Shown in pieces: positions 1 through 11,262 of a DNA stretch of 64,000 bases. Location: contig JBHGNT010000002.1 in assembly GCA_043228905.1 (NCBI GenBank), positions 12,276,001-12,340,000 on the forward strand, read 5' to 3'. Positions within the stretch are counted from its first letter, which is position 1; every line of letters starts with the position of its first letter. The DNA is from Azolla caroliniana. Its lineage: Eukaryota > Plantae > Polypodiophyta. A program made the position numbers and the translations under genes. The notes beneath the pieces are model-generated. The model did not search any database. It saw only the letters and a list, made by a program, of their open reading frames with translations, and had not been told where the DNA came from.

Positions 1-604
1 CAGTATGTTTTTCGTGGAAAACCCTAAATGGGAAAAACCACGGGAGTCCTCAAACTCCAACTCACACTATACACAGAGATATACAATGGTGAAGCTACAA
101 GGCAACAACCTTGAGCTCACTGTCTTCGCCACAGGCGGCGGCAATACGCAGAGGCAACGACCTCTTCGTCTCTCTCTCTCTCTCTCTCTCTCTCGGCTGC
201 TCTCTTCACTCTCTCTAAGTGAAGAACAAGAAAAAAATAAGCAACAACAGTAAAACTGTTTGCCCTAAGTCATATTTATACACATATGACTTTCGGGCTA
301 TTTACAAATATAGCCTCAAGGGCTCTTGGCAAAACATATTCACAAACATGTCCCCGCATCCGGATCTCTCTCCGGGTACATTCGTCATCCGGCTCCGTAG
401 CCGGGGTATTCATCATCCGGCTCCGTAGCCGGGGTATTCATCATCCGGCTCCGTAGCCGGGGTCTTCGTCATCCGGCTCCGTAACCGGGGTTTTCAGCAT
501 CCGGCTCCGTAACCGGGGTCTTCAGCATCCGGCTCCGTAATAGCTTCCGGGCTTGCCGTCATTCATCTCCGGACATCCCATCCGGAGGGACCGAAATCCC
601 AACA
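1..604 (-). mobile_element. LTR (5' or solo) of an LTR retrotransposon inserted into the gag of a Tcn1-like element; continues beyond the window start
   Basis: The minus strand begins TGTTGGGATTTCGG at 604, exactly where the flanking gag breaks (ADI|; the homolog near 43595 continues DIPWDD). It contains tandem repeats, a TATA-like stretch (~265-310) and a CT microsatellite. The motif gtggaaaaccctaaa..gggaaaaacca recurs at ~37636. Confidence 0.7.
381..545. repeat. 28-bp GC-rich tandem repeat (~6 copies) inside the LTR
   Basis: Unit catccggctccgtagccggggtattcat recurs with 28-bp spacing (e.g. 385, 413). Confidence 0.9.
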
Positions 605-1202
605 GGATATCGGCGGCGAGTAGGCGGAAATCTGCAGCATATGCGGAGGCTGGACGGTCACCTTGGCGTAATCGCCGGATTTTGTTGATTGCAGTCCTTA
701 TGCTGTCAGTATCTCCAAAACATGCTTTAAACTCACTTATGAATTCTTCAAAATTATTTAGTACTGGAGATTCCTTTTCTAGTAGCGGAGCGAACCATGC
801 TAATGCTGAGCCATTTAACAACGTGCCTACTAAACCCACTCGTGATGCATCGGTGGGATATCGGGACGGATGCATTTGAATAACTAACCGTACCTGGTTA
901 AGAAACCCTCTAAACTGCGATCGCGTTCCATCGAACTTCGTGGGAAGGCCAATCTTGGGTTCTTTATGAATCCCTTGTGCTCCGTGCCCTTGTTGTTGCA
1001 TTGCTACGATGGTTGCTTCGAGTTGTTGCACGCGTAACGCAAGTTCCCCATGCTGTTGTTGCGTTTGCTGCTTTTCTAAGGAAATTTGCTGAAGATCCCC
1101 CAACAAGCGTTGATTTTCTTGTTCCAAAGCATGAAACTTCTCTTTCAAGCATTGAAATTCCGAGAAAACGGATTGATACTCTTCAGCGCTAACGGTGGCC
1201 AT
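605..1202 (-). pseudogene. gag: Ty3/gypsy Gag (capsid) N-terminal part, interrupted at 604/605 by an LTR insertion
   Basis: ORF 522..1202 shows retrotransposon-gag motifs up to LLAADI; the residues after that are read from the inserted LTR. Confidence 0.85.
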
Positions 1203-1303
1203 GGGATGAAGGAAAAGGGAAATAAGAGACTAGTAGGAAAGGAGGGAGACAGAAGGAAGAGGGAGAGAAAAGACCAGACAGGCACCCCAAAATCGGTTCA
1301 AAC

Positions 1304-1437
1304 TGTCAGGAACTCTATTAAGGCAGAGAAGGAATTAGTACTAAAAGAAGGATTAGTACTATTGTTGGGGAATAGTACTAAGACAGAGAAGGATTAGTAC
1401 TATGAGAGGTGTCGAACTTTTGAGAGAAGGAATGAGT

Positions 1438-1484
<47 letters not shown>

Positions 1485-1775
1485 ATGATGCGAAAGATAT
1501 ATGTATTATATGAAGGAAGATATACAACAGTAGTTAGAAGGCTTAAGACTGGCGTTGAACCGATTTGGTTCGAACTAATGCCTTGCGCCTCCTTTTATAG
1601 TGTCTTCAGGAATACTCCTGAAGTTTCTAGAATGTTCCAGAGAAATCTGGAATATACATCAATTTCCCAATAAAACCTAAATGAAAATAATGTCCTTCAA
1701 ATTACAATTCATAACCTAATGGTAAAGTCTCGACCCGTGTAACAAAAGGTTATGGGTTCGAGTCTAGTTATGACA
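1304..1775 (-). repeat. 5' LTR (472 bp) of the Tcn1-like element
   Basis: Inverted 5-bp termini TGTCA/TGACA, TATAAAA on the minus strand at 1599-1593, and an (AG)n tract. Related LTR pieces occur at 42780-42949 and 61118-61284. Confidence 0.85.
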
Positions 1776-1819
1776 CCCTCCAAACCGGGGACAAAGGAGA
1801 AACGAGCAACAGTCACAAG

Positions 1820-4800
1820 GTGTACTGTTATTACTGCCGTAAGGAAGGCCACTATAGTAACCAATGCCCAAGCAAAACCAATGACAAGCAGCTGGAAGTC
1901 AACATGGTTACAGCCGAAATAACAGAAGTACAGCAGATCACAACCCGGTCAAAGGGAAAGACCGCCGAGTGGGAAGCCCAGGAGGCAATCAGAAAACAAG
2001 CGGCGCAATGGATCAAGGAGGCCAATGAACAGAATGCGACAGAAGTAAGAGACCAAAATATGCCAAAAGACGAAGAAATCATACAGCAAGGAGAAAACCC
2101 GACGTGGCAAGCGCTACAGGACTGTCAAATCGTGCTGCCGTTAGCACGGCTACTACAGTTGGTGCCACGGTTTACGGCAGACTTACAGGCATCCCTGAGC
2201 AAACCGAAGCCGACACCAGCACCGGCATTCTTCTCCAACCCGGAGGAAGGACCAGCGGTGGTCGATACAAGTAGCCCGGCGATCACGGCAATCGTGAAAG
2301 GAAAGGAAATTGCCGGAACGATTATTGACGGAGGCTCCGGGGTAAATGTCATCAGCCGACAGACATGCGATAACCTGGGCATCCGGGAATGGGAACCATA
2401 CCCCTTCTGGTTACGCATGGCGGATACCAGCTCAGTCCGACCGACCGGGCTTATCCGGGATTTGGAAGTAATGATCGGAGGCCACGTATTCCGGATATCG
2501 GCCGTGGTGCTGCAGCTGAATGTACAAGGCGCGTACCCCCTACTGCTAGGACGACCATGGCTGCGAACGGCGCATATCAAGCAGAACTGGCAAAAGAACA
2601 TGATCACATTCCGGCGAGGGAAAACAAAGGTACGAGTAACGACGCAACCACGGGTGATCGCCAGTAAGGAAGCAACTCCATTATATGCGGAAAGCATCAA
2701 CATGTTGGAGGGATTACCGGACGAGGAAGTCGAGCGGTACCTCGAGGAACACCCACGAATCGTCCCACTATTTGAGGTGGATATCACGGTGGCAGTAGAA
2801 CCGTACATTACGACACCGGATGAACCGGACCAAGCAGCGATCCGGGAACTGTGACAAGCGCAGGAATCCCTAGAGAGGGAAATGACGATATCCCAGAGGG
2901 TAAAAGCATCCCAACTAGAGGAGGTGGACCTCGGCACAACAGACAAGCCCCGACCGGTAAATGTCGCAAAGGAATTGCCGAAGGAAGAAAAGAAGGCAAT
3001 GGTAGCATTATTAACAGACTTCAAGGATGTGTTCGCGTGGTCGTACGAAGACATGCGAGGGCTGGACCCCCAACTCTATCAGCACCAAATTCACCTAAGT
3101 ACGGACGCGAAACCGATCGCTCAACGCAGGTACCGGATGAATCCGAATTATGCGGCGAAGGTGAAGGAGGAAATTGATAAGCTCCTCCGGGTCGGATTTA
3201 TCCGACCGGTCAAGCAGGCAACCTGGCTGAGTCCGATAGTGGTGGTCCCGAAAAAGAACGGCAAAATCCGGGTATGTGTGGACTACCGAAAACTAAATGC
3301 CGCAACAGTGACCGATGCGTTTCCACTACCATTTACGGACGGGGTGTTAGATGCGGTAGCCGGCCACGAAGTTTACAGCTTCCTGGATGGATTTAGCGGC
3401 TACAACCAAATACGAATGAACCCGGCCGACTAGGAGAAGACAGTGTTCGTGACGGAATGGGGAGTGTTCGTCGCGGTTGTGATGATGTTCGGACTAAAGA
3501 CGGCTCCAGCGACCTTTCAAAGGATAATAATGGAAATTTTCGGGGAATATATCCCCAGTTTTATGCAGGTCTTCCTTGACGATTTCGCGGTCTACAGCCG
3601 GCACGGAGAGCATCTCGATCACCTCCGGCTGTGCTTGGAGAAGTGCCGCGAGTACCAATTGAGCCTGAACCCGGCCAAGTGCATCTTTGGAGTGGCAAGC
3701 AGCAACTTACTAGGGCACGTGGTGAGTAAGGAAGGAATCGCGGTAGATCCGGATAAAGTCAAGGCGATTCTCAAGGCACCAGCACCAAATAACGCAAAGG
3801 CTTTAAGCCGGTTCCTGGGCCAAATAAGGTGGCATAGCCGGATGATACGGCACCTCGCAGACTTCGCTACACCATTACATACCGCCGTACACAGGGTACC
3901 CTTCCTATGGGCGGAGACGGAGGAGGAAGCCTACCAAGCGTTGAAGGTTATGTTGTCGCAAGCTCCGGTGGTGCAACCGCCGGATTGGAGTAAAAGCTTT
4001 CACGTCTTCGTCGACGCGTCGGACGTAGCAATCGGCAGCGTTCTGATGCAACTCACGGAGCCGAAATGGTACCGACCGGAGTACTATGCAAGCCGGAAAC
4101 TCTCAAAAGCAGAACGGAATTACTCTACGACAGAACGCGAGGCATTGGGAATGGTGTATAGTGTCACAAAGTACAGGCACTATCTGCCCGGAAGGAAGTT
4201 TTCCTTCCATGTCGACCATTCGGCACTACTCTACCTGGTCTCAAAGGCATCCCTGATGGGAAAAATGGCACGATGGACACTGTTGTTACAGGAATTTGAA
4301 TTCGACATTTTCCACCGACCCGGGGCGCAGCATGCGGTAGCGGACTACCTAAGCAGACTCGAATCCGGAGAAGCAGGGGACGGCGTCCAGGATGAGTTCC
4401 CCGACGCCGAGTTGTTCCGGATCACGACGAAACCGGCAACGGATGCAATGGTAGCCAATGAAGACACGTGGCTAACTGAGATGCATCAGTTCCTGAGCAC
4501 CGGAGTACCTCCGGAGAACATGGATTGCGATGAAAGGAAAAGGGTAGCAGTAAGAAGCAGACATTTCTGCTTGGTTGGAGACACCCTCTATCACAAGGGG
4601 GCAGATGGCATCTGGAGACGAGCAGTGCGGAGCGATGAGAGGGATTTAATCCTCAGGGAAGCCCACTGTGGAATTGCCGGCGGGCATTATGCCGGCGACG
4701 CAACCGCTCGGAAAATATGGCAGAGCGGACTATGGTGGCCCACCACCCTAAAAGATACCATGAAGTATAGCAGAGAATGCGATTTGTGTCAACGACTGGG

Positions 4801-5886
4801 CCAACCCACGGAGCAGGCCCGGATGCCACACCACCCGGTCTTGCCTTTGGAACCGTTTCAAAAGTGGGGTTTGGACTTTGTCGGTCCCTTCAAGCCACCG
4901 GCAACGCAAAGTTCCTGTTCGAGTGCATATGGTGCCGATATGGATGCCCGATCGAGCTTATAAGTGACCAAGGAGGACATTTTCTCGGGCAGGTAGTAGA
5001 AAGCCTGACGTCATTTTACGCGGTGGTACATAAAAGGAGTACTCCCTACTACCCTCAAGCCAATGGACTAGCGGAATCAACGAACAAAACTCTGCAGAAC
5101 ATCCTACGAAAAATTGTCAACGAGAACCGGACCGACTGGGATAGGAAATTGCAAAGCGCGCTATGGGCGTACCGAACAACGTACAAAACCAGCATCCGGA
5201 CAACCCCGTTCCGACTAGCATTCGGTTTAGAAGCGGTCATGCCGGTAGAGTTCCAGATCCCCAGCTTACGGATCCAGGTAAAGGAGCGCTTAAGTGAGAA
5301 GGAGTCCGAACGAATCCGGCTGGCGACGTTGTTGGAATTAGAAGAAAACCGAATAGCCAGCTTACTACAACTCGAACTGGAGCAAAGGAGGAGAAAAGCT
5401 TTCGTGGACCGACACCGACGTAGCAACGAAAAGGAGTTCGAAGTCGGGAAACCAGTGCTACTATTCCAGACACGGATGGGGAACATGCCGGGAAAGTTGC
5501 AGTTTCGGTGGACCGGACTGTTCTGGATCACCAAGGAGTACAATGGGTCGTATCAGCTCGGCACGTTATCTGGAGATGTCATCGGTAAGTGGGCAAATGG
5601 GTTTCGGCTAAAGCCGTATAAGGGAAATATGCCAGCCAACCCGTTCAAGCAAAACCCGGAAATCCGGCAAGATGAGGAACCGACACCGACAGACACTGCT
5701 GAAGATATTCGGACCGAGGAAGAACCGACACCGATACTGACAAAGACTATCCCGGAAAACCGACAGAAGGATCCGGTATCAACGCAACCGACCCGAACAA
5801 ATCAGGGGGGACCAGAAGATGATGTGGTCCATACAAAAAAAAAAAAAAAAAAAAAAAGACGTGGGCAAAATCGACGCGAATCATAG
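1820..5886 (+). pseudogene. pol: Gag-Pol polyprotein of element A with premature stops and an integrase deletion/frameshift
   Basis: ORFs 1820, 2882 and 3443 share one frame, separated by TGA (2852) and TAG (3431). About 100 bp is missing near 4905 relative to element B (the RYVILAMDYCTKWVEA segment is absent). Confidence 0.9.
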
Positions 5887-6031
5887 TAGTGATGGGGAGA
5901 TCACAAGAGGTGGGAGCGCCACCATGCAACGAAGAGGCGCCATGCATTAAAGAAGGACGTGCGCGTACTTGCTATTTAAAGCATGGAACGTGGGCACTCA
6001 CACGCGGCAAACAAGAAAGGACATACTAATT

Positions 6032-9000
6032 ATGGCGGGAGAAGAACATGCGCGGGAAACGAAAAAGGGCGGCTCGAGGCAAGAACCACTATATAAGACA
6101 CAGGCCTGCGAAGGACTTAATTTTTATGAATTTTCCTACACACAGGCGCAGAAGCACAGAAGAGCGATCCGACGCACAGCGCACACACAGCCCGATCCCG
6201 AACAACAGACAGCAGAAGAAGAATTCGAAACAATGGTACTGTCGGAGGAGGCACGCCAATGGATGAGGGAGAACGGGTTAAAAGGATTGCTGCGGATCGC
6301 CGACGCTCCACCACACGCAGAACCAGAGCAGGCGGCAGCATCGATTGATTTATCAGAAATCACGGAAGGAGCGGTGCAGGCGCTCACGGGGATAAAAGCA
6401 GGAGGACTTCAAACAATCGAAAACCCTTCAAGTGAAATCCTGTTCGAATATTTCGGTGAGTATTCTATCAGCAGCAAGGCGTACCGAACACAGGGCAGAG
6501 AGAACCTGCTATTCGGAGAAGTGGCCCGCGCCATGATGGAATACGGATTCGTGAATCCTCGTCCCCCGGCCATAGCCAGGTACCGGGCAGCGTTCTTAAT
6601 TGCAGCGTACGAAGGATTACAAGTAGACTGGCTCCATTTCATAACCGAAGGATTGAAGGAGGCCATCAAGAACCTGGTGGAAGGAAAACAGCCATGGGCC
6701 GGGATAGCACAATGGCTAACGGTGTTAGTCCCACCGGTACTCCCCATCACACAAAAGAAAAGAGGTCGGCAGGAGACGACGCCGAAAAAGGTCACAAAGC
6801 GCCGACAAATCCTGGAGAAACACACCCCCGGATGGACCCAGCAAGAAGCAGAACAGCGGGGGGAAGGACCATCCCGACAGCAACAGGAACCGGCAACAAA
6901 GGCAAAACCAGCAGGAAAAGGCAAAGGGAAATCGGCCGAGGAGGAACCGGTAGCGCTCAAACCAATCCATATAACGCTGCGACGGCCGGAACCGGAACCA
7001 GAGGTCTTTATACAAAAGGTCCGTCTGGTAGCCGCACCGGAGGAGGAAGCTGAAACAGAAGACTCATCCGAACCACTGGTAAGACTCCCAGCAAGACAAG
7101 GTCGGGAGAGACGGGCGAAAGGACCGGCTCCACCAATTGACAAAACTCAGCAGAGGGCACAAGGACCACCTCCAGTAGCCGAGGCGGAAGTAGTACCGGA
7201 ACCCGTACCGAGGGAAGCAGCACCGACACCGGTTGTGCCGGACTTCAGAGAGCCGGTCATCCCAGAGAAGAAGAATGAACAAGCGCCGGAGCCAGAGAAA
7301 AGGCCGGAAAAACAGCCTGAGTTAAGTGAGCAAGGCCACCCCGACACAGGAAGCACAAAGCCACAATGGCTGAGATGGCTTTCGGAGCAGTTATCGGGAG
7401 TAGCGGACCAGTTAGAGGAAGAAGAAACGTGTAGGCAACAGCTAACGCATACAACAACTCAGGAGTTGGTCGCGCTCCGAACACAGATCGAGGAAATGCA
7501 AGGGGAGCTGTTGCAGGCAAGGGAAGGAATTCAACAAGCACAAGTTGTCACCGAGCCAGTCGGGACAACAAGGAAGCAACCAGAACCAGAACCAGAACCG
7601 GTAGCCTTGCAAACCGGCCCTGAGACCGAAAAAATAATAGAAACCTTACGAGAGGAGTTAAAAGCTTAGGAGGCATTAAGGGAAAGAGAAAGGGAGCAGC
7701 GGAAAGTGGTGGAGGATGACAGACGAAAAATGGAAGAAGGCCTCCGGAAAGGCCGAGCCACTAATGACCGACTGCAAGAAGAAAAAGAGAAGCTGCAAAA
7801 GGAGAAGGACCGACTGCGTCGACATGCCGAGCAGGAGATAGAACGACTGCAGGAAGAACTCCGACAACAGAAGGACCGGGACGACCGGTTAAGAGCTCAG
7901 GCAAACCGACGCCTGAAGCAGAAGACGGAGGACTTCGACCGTCTCTACCGAGATCACAAGCAGGCCGAGTCGGACAACAAGAAACGGGCAGCAGACTACG
8001 ACCGGCAAATAGAGAAGCTGAAAGAACAGCTCAAAGAGACCCGATTAGACCTAGCTAAGGCAATGGATGAGGTCAGTGCCAAAAAGGAAGCATTGTCGGC
8101 GGAAATAGCCCAAGCGACGGAAAGAAGGAAGGAATTAGAGGCGCTAAGGCGGGAAAAGCTGGATCTGACCAAGATCAGGAATGAAGAAAAGGAAAGATCG
8201 ACCTTCACGATCAGCAAACTGCAAAGTACCTATGAAAAGCAGAAAGCGGATTACGAGGCCCAGGCTCAGATAATGGCCGACATTATAAAACGGGCAAGGA
8301 AGGAAAAGCAAGAAGCTTATGCGCATGCTAAGGCGGGGGTTGACCGGATCAAGCTCATCATGTCAGGTTGGAGTACCCGAGCTCAGGCAAGCATCAACGA
8401 AAGTACGGAAAAGCTATGGAAGGAGTGGTCACAACAGGCAGCCGAGTTGTAGACACTCCGAGCGGATGCCGAGAATCGGAGGAAGACCGGTGACAAGTTC
8501 TACAAGATGGATGAAGAAAGTATCGTCGCCATTCGGGAAGAATTGTCGGAGGATTTCTACGCTTTAGCGGAAGAACATCTCAAAGAAATCCGAGGGTTGG
8601 TAGAGAGGTTGGATGACGGGCAGCTCGCAACTCAGTTGGAGTTAGAGAAATACGAGCAGGACCGGTTACGACAGGAAGCCAAGGGAAGAACGACGCCAAT
8701 CACTATAAGTGAGGGAGAGCGACCGGCTGAAGTTGAACCAACCGACACCGAACAACCCCGACGAGGAATACCCGAAGAAGAACTTCCGTTCGAAGGAGAA
8801 GAAGAAGAGCAGGAGCAGACCGATGCCGGAGAAGAAGAAGAGCTGAGACCGGAAGACACCAGAGCAGAGGAAGAAGGCGTACCGAGCCGACCAGTCGAGA
8901 CCGGAGAAAGCGACACTGGTAACAGAACAGAGCCTGGAACAGAGGGAGAACAGGAAGAACCCGGACGAAGCGATGAGGAAGCACCGGCACCACAGAATCA

Positions 9001-9145
9001 AGCAGAGCCGGAGCAGCAAATTTTTACGGAACAGCCAACCCAACCGGAGGTCGGAGACCAGGCAGGCAAGGAACAGGAATTGGAGGAAGAAGCACCACTT
9101 GACACCATCGAGCAGAGTGTGCTCGATATTTTGGAGGAAGAATGA
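6032..9145 (+). pseudogene. Extra ORF (ORF3, ~1037 aa) of element A: globular N-terminal domain, basic NLS-like patch, Pro/Glu linker, long coiled coil, acidic tail
   Basis: ORFs 5969, 7706 and 8507 are one frame broken by two TAG codons (7667, 8450) that are Gln codons in the element B homolog. ATG at 6032. Confidence 0.8.
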
Positions 9146-9195
9146 GGCCGGGAGTGGATTCGAAGTGCAAGGCACTTTCCCACGGGCATGCCATG

Positions 9196-9586
9196 TGTTG
9201 GCCGGTCAGAAGAGCAAGGACAAGTGGGAAGGCGGAGTCGGATCGGATAATAGGAAGTAAATAATAGTAGAATTATTATTCGGAGGGACGGATCCGGTAC
9301 AGTTGTACCGATCCGGATCCAGACCGATTCGGATGTCGGTTGCCTAAGCGCATCGATTGTAACCTTGCCGGATGCCTATAAAAGGATCCGATGATTTGTA
9401 AAAGGTTTAGACGGAAGTAATACAAAAGTAATTATTGCGTGTTTATCTGTATCTTTGTATTGTTTACCGTCTGTGCTTAATTGTAATCATCTTACGCGTG
9501 TAACCTAGCATCCAATCCCTACCACCCCTTTGGAGAAGTGTCGGATAGACACCTGTGTTGAGGCTAGTCCGGCCAAGCAGACAACA
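9196..9586 (+). repeat. 3' LTR of element A
   Basis: TGTTGG...ACAACA termini with an internal TATAAAAGGA; aligns by eye with LTRs 46406-46875 and 59851-60316. Confidence 0.8.
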
Positions 9587-11262
9587 TAAAGCCACAAGAC
9601 TTTCACATCCCTTGGAAATTCCCAACAATATGTGGGAAAGTATATCCATGGATTTTATTGTTAGCCTTCCTCGCACCCAAAAAGACCATGAAGCCATTTG
9701 GGTTGTGGTTGATCGACTAACTAAAATGGCCAGATTTATTGCTACTAAAACCAGGGTAACAACTCTTGAATTGGCTTACCAATTCGTTGACGAGTTATTT
9801 CGTTTTTATGGGTTACCGATGGATATCATGAGTGATTGAGATCCAAAGTTTACTAGCGACTTTTGGACGCAAGTCTTTAAGAAGTTAGAAACTAAATTGA
9901 GCATGAGCTCCACGGATCATCCTCAATCCGATGGATAGACAAAACGAGTAAATCAAATTATTGAGGACATACTTTGTGCATGTGTTGGTATAAAACCAAC
10001 AAAATGGGAACGTTATCTCCCAATTTTGGAGTTTTCTTATAACAGCTCCAAGCATACATCGACGGGATATAGTCCTTTTATGTTGATGTATGGTTTTCAG
10101 GCATGAGCCCTGATTGATGTTAATATACATCATGATGAGTTGTGAAGTACACAAAACTTTCTTCGGGATATGCAAGATATGTTGCATATTGCATGAGAGA
10201 ATATAAAAATAATAGAGCGTGTTTTTATGCCGATCATAATAGGCAACCTCGTGTATACAACCCTGGACAAAAGGTATTTTTAAATGTACCTCACAATTCT
10301 AAGACATTGTCTACGGGTAAGTGTGCTATGTTAGCCCCACGGTTTTGTGGAACTTTTACAGTCCTCAAACCCATCGGTTCATCATCCAATTGTCTCAGTC
10401 TTCTTAATGGCGTTGAAATCCATTCATTTTTTCATGTAAGTTGTCTAGAAGAACTTCTAGGTTCTCGCGACAATACAGTTACAACTAAAACTCTGGTTAC
10501 TTCAAAAGAATTATCTTCCAAACCACATGTACCAGAAATAATTTTCGATGTTAAAAAAAAAATTGTGTTCTAAAATAATCCGAGAATTCAAAATTAAATG
10601 GATGGATAAATCTATCAAAGATGCCGCATGGGAATACGAAAATACTCTTAGAACTAACTTCCCTAACTTTCCATTGCAAGAGTGCAATGTTTTAAAGAGG
10701 GGGGAGTATGTTATGGTCATGACCATAAAATATCCCATGGTGAGAATTTACCGTCGTATTCTATACACGTCCACGATAAAGTGTGAGGGTTAAACGAGAG
10801 TGTAAAGAAGACCTTTTGGTGGTGGGACCCTGGACTGTTTAAGTGTTGGTCCCGGGGCACCTATCCTGGCGCATTCTTGCTTGCTTGCTTGCTTGCTTGC
10901 TGAACCCGGGTTGGCGTTAGCTAACCGCCTACCAAACTTGACCTGCTTTCATCTTGGGGCCTGACCCGCTTTATTCCTCGTCGTTGAGGGCGTGCTTGCT
11001 TGCTTGTTGGGGCACTCGACCACAATAAAGGGAGAGAAGCTTTCACGACTTCCCACGGTGTGGCCATTACTCTCAAAGGGTAAGCTGGTTTCACCGTTAT
11101 GAGCCAGTTATTGAAAAAGCGTTCGCACGCTTGTGGGGTGAAAGGCCAGAGGAGGACTCCTTTTCCCTCTTCTTGTGGTCCTTCGGACTTCAACAAAGGA
11201 ACGGCGGAGTCGTAGCTCTTTGATTCACCCCTAACCACGAGTCATCCCCGTATTTTGCCACA
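9587..11262 (+). mobile_element. Degenerate Ty3/gypsy chromovirus 3' end (integrase, chromodomain remnant, PPT, 3' LTR from 10709); target of element A; right end approximate
   Basis: HPLEIP..WESISMDFIVSLP..VVDRLTKMA integrase motifs, an FKIKWMD..AAWE chromodomain-like tail, and PPT aagaggggggag followed by TGTTA at 10709. Confidence 0.7.

Larger units (their letters stand above)
605..1775 (-). mobile_element. 5' portion (LTR + gag) of a Tcn1-like Ty3/gypsy chromovirus inserted into the gag of gypsy element A
   Basis: LTR 1304-1775 with TGTCA...TGACA termini. Gag contains KEPKIGLPTKFDGTRSQFRGFL...GSALAWF...LRQGDRPASAYAADFR. A near-identical gag lies at 43009. Confidence 0.85.
1776..9586 (+). 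mobile_element. Non-chromovirus Ty3/gypsy element A (gag end, PR-RT-RH-IN, extra ORF, 3' LTR); 5' part lies outside the window
   Basis: Zinc knuckle CYYCRKEGHYSNQC, protease IIDGGSG, RT (FLDGFSGYNQI, VFLDD), RNase H (FVDASD), integrase (HH-CC zinc finger, YPQANGLAE) and no chromodomain. The 3' LTR 9196-9586 is homologous to the LTRs of element B. Confidence 0.9.

Noticed and set aside
522-604. C-terminus of the 226-aa gag ORF as genuine protein
   Set aside because: It is read-through into the inserted LTR; the homolog at ~43600 continues differently.
6032-9145. ORF3 as a retroviral-type envelope gene
   Set aside because: The position fits, but there is no signal peptide or transmembrane stretch; the protein is highly charged and coiled-coil.
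2125-9189. Long antisense and alternate-frame ORFs over element A (likewise over E and F)
   Set aside because: These are shadow ORFs of GC-rich coding sequence with no recognisable motifs.
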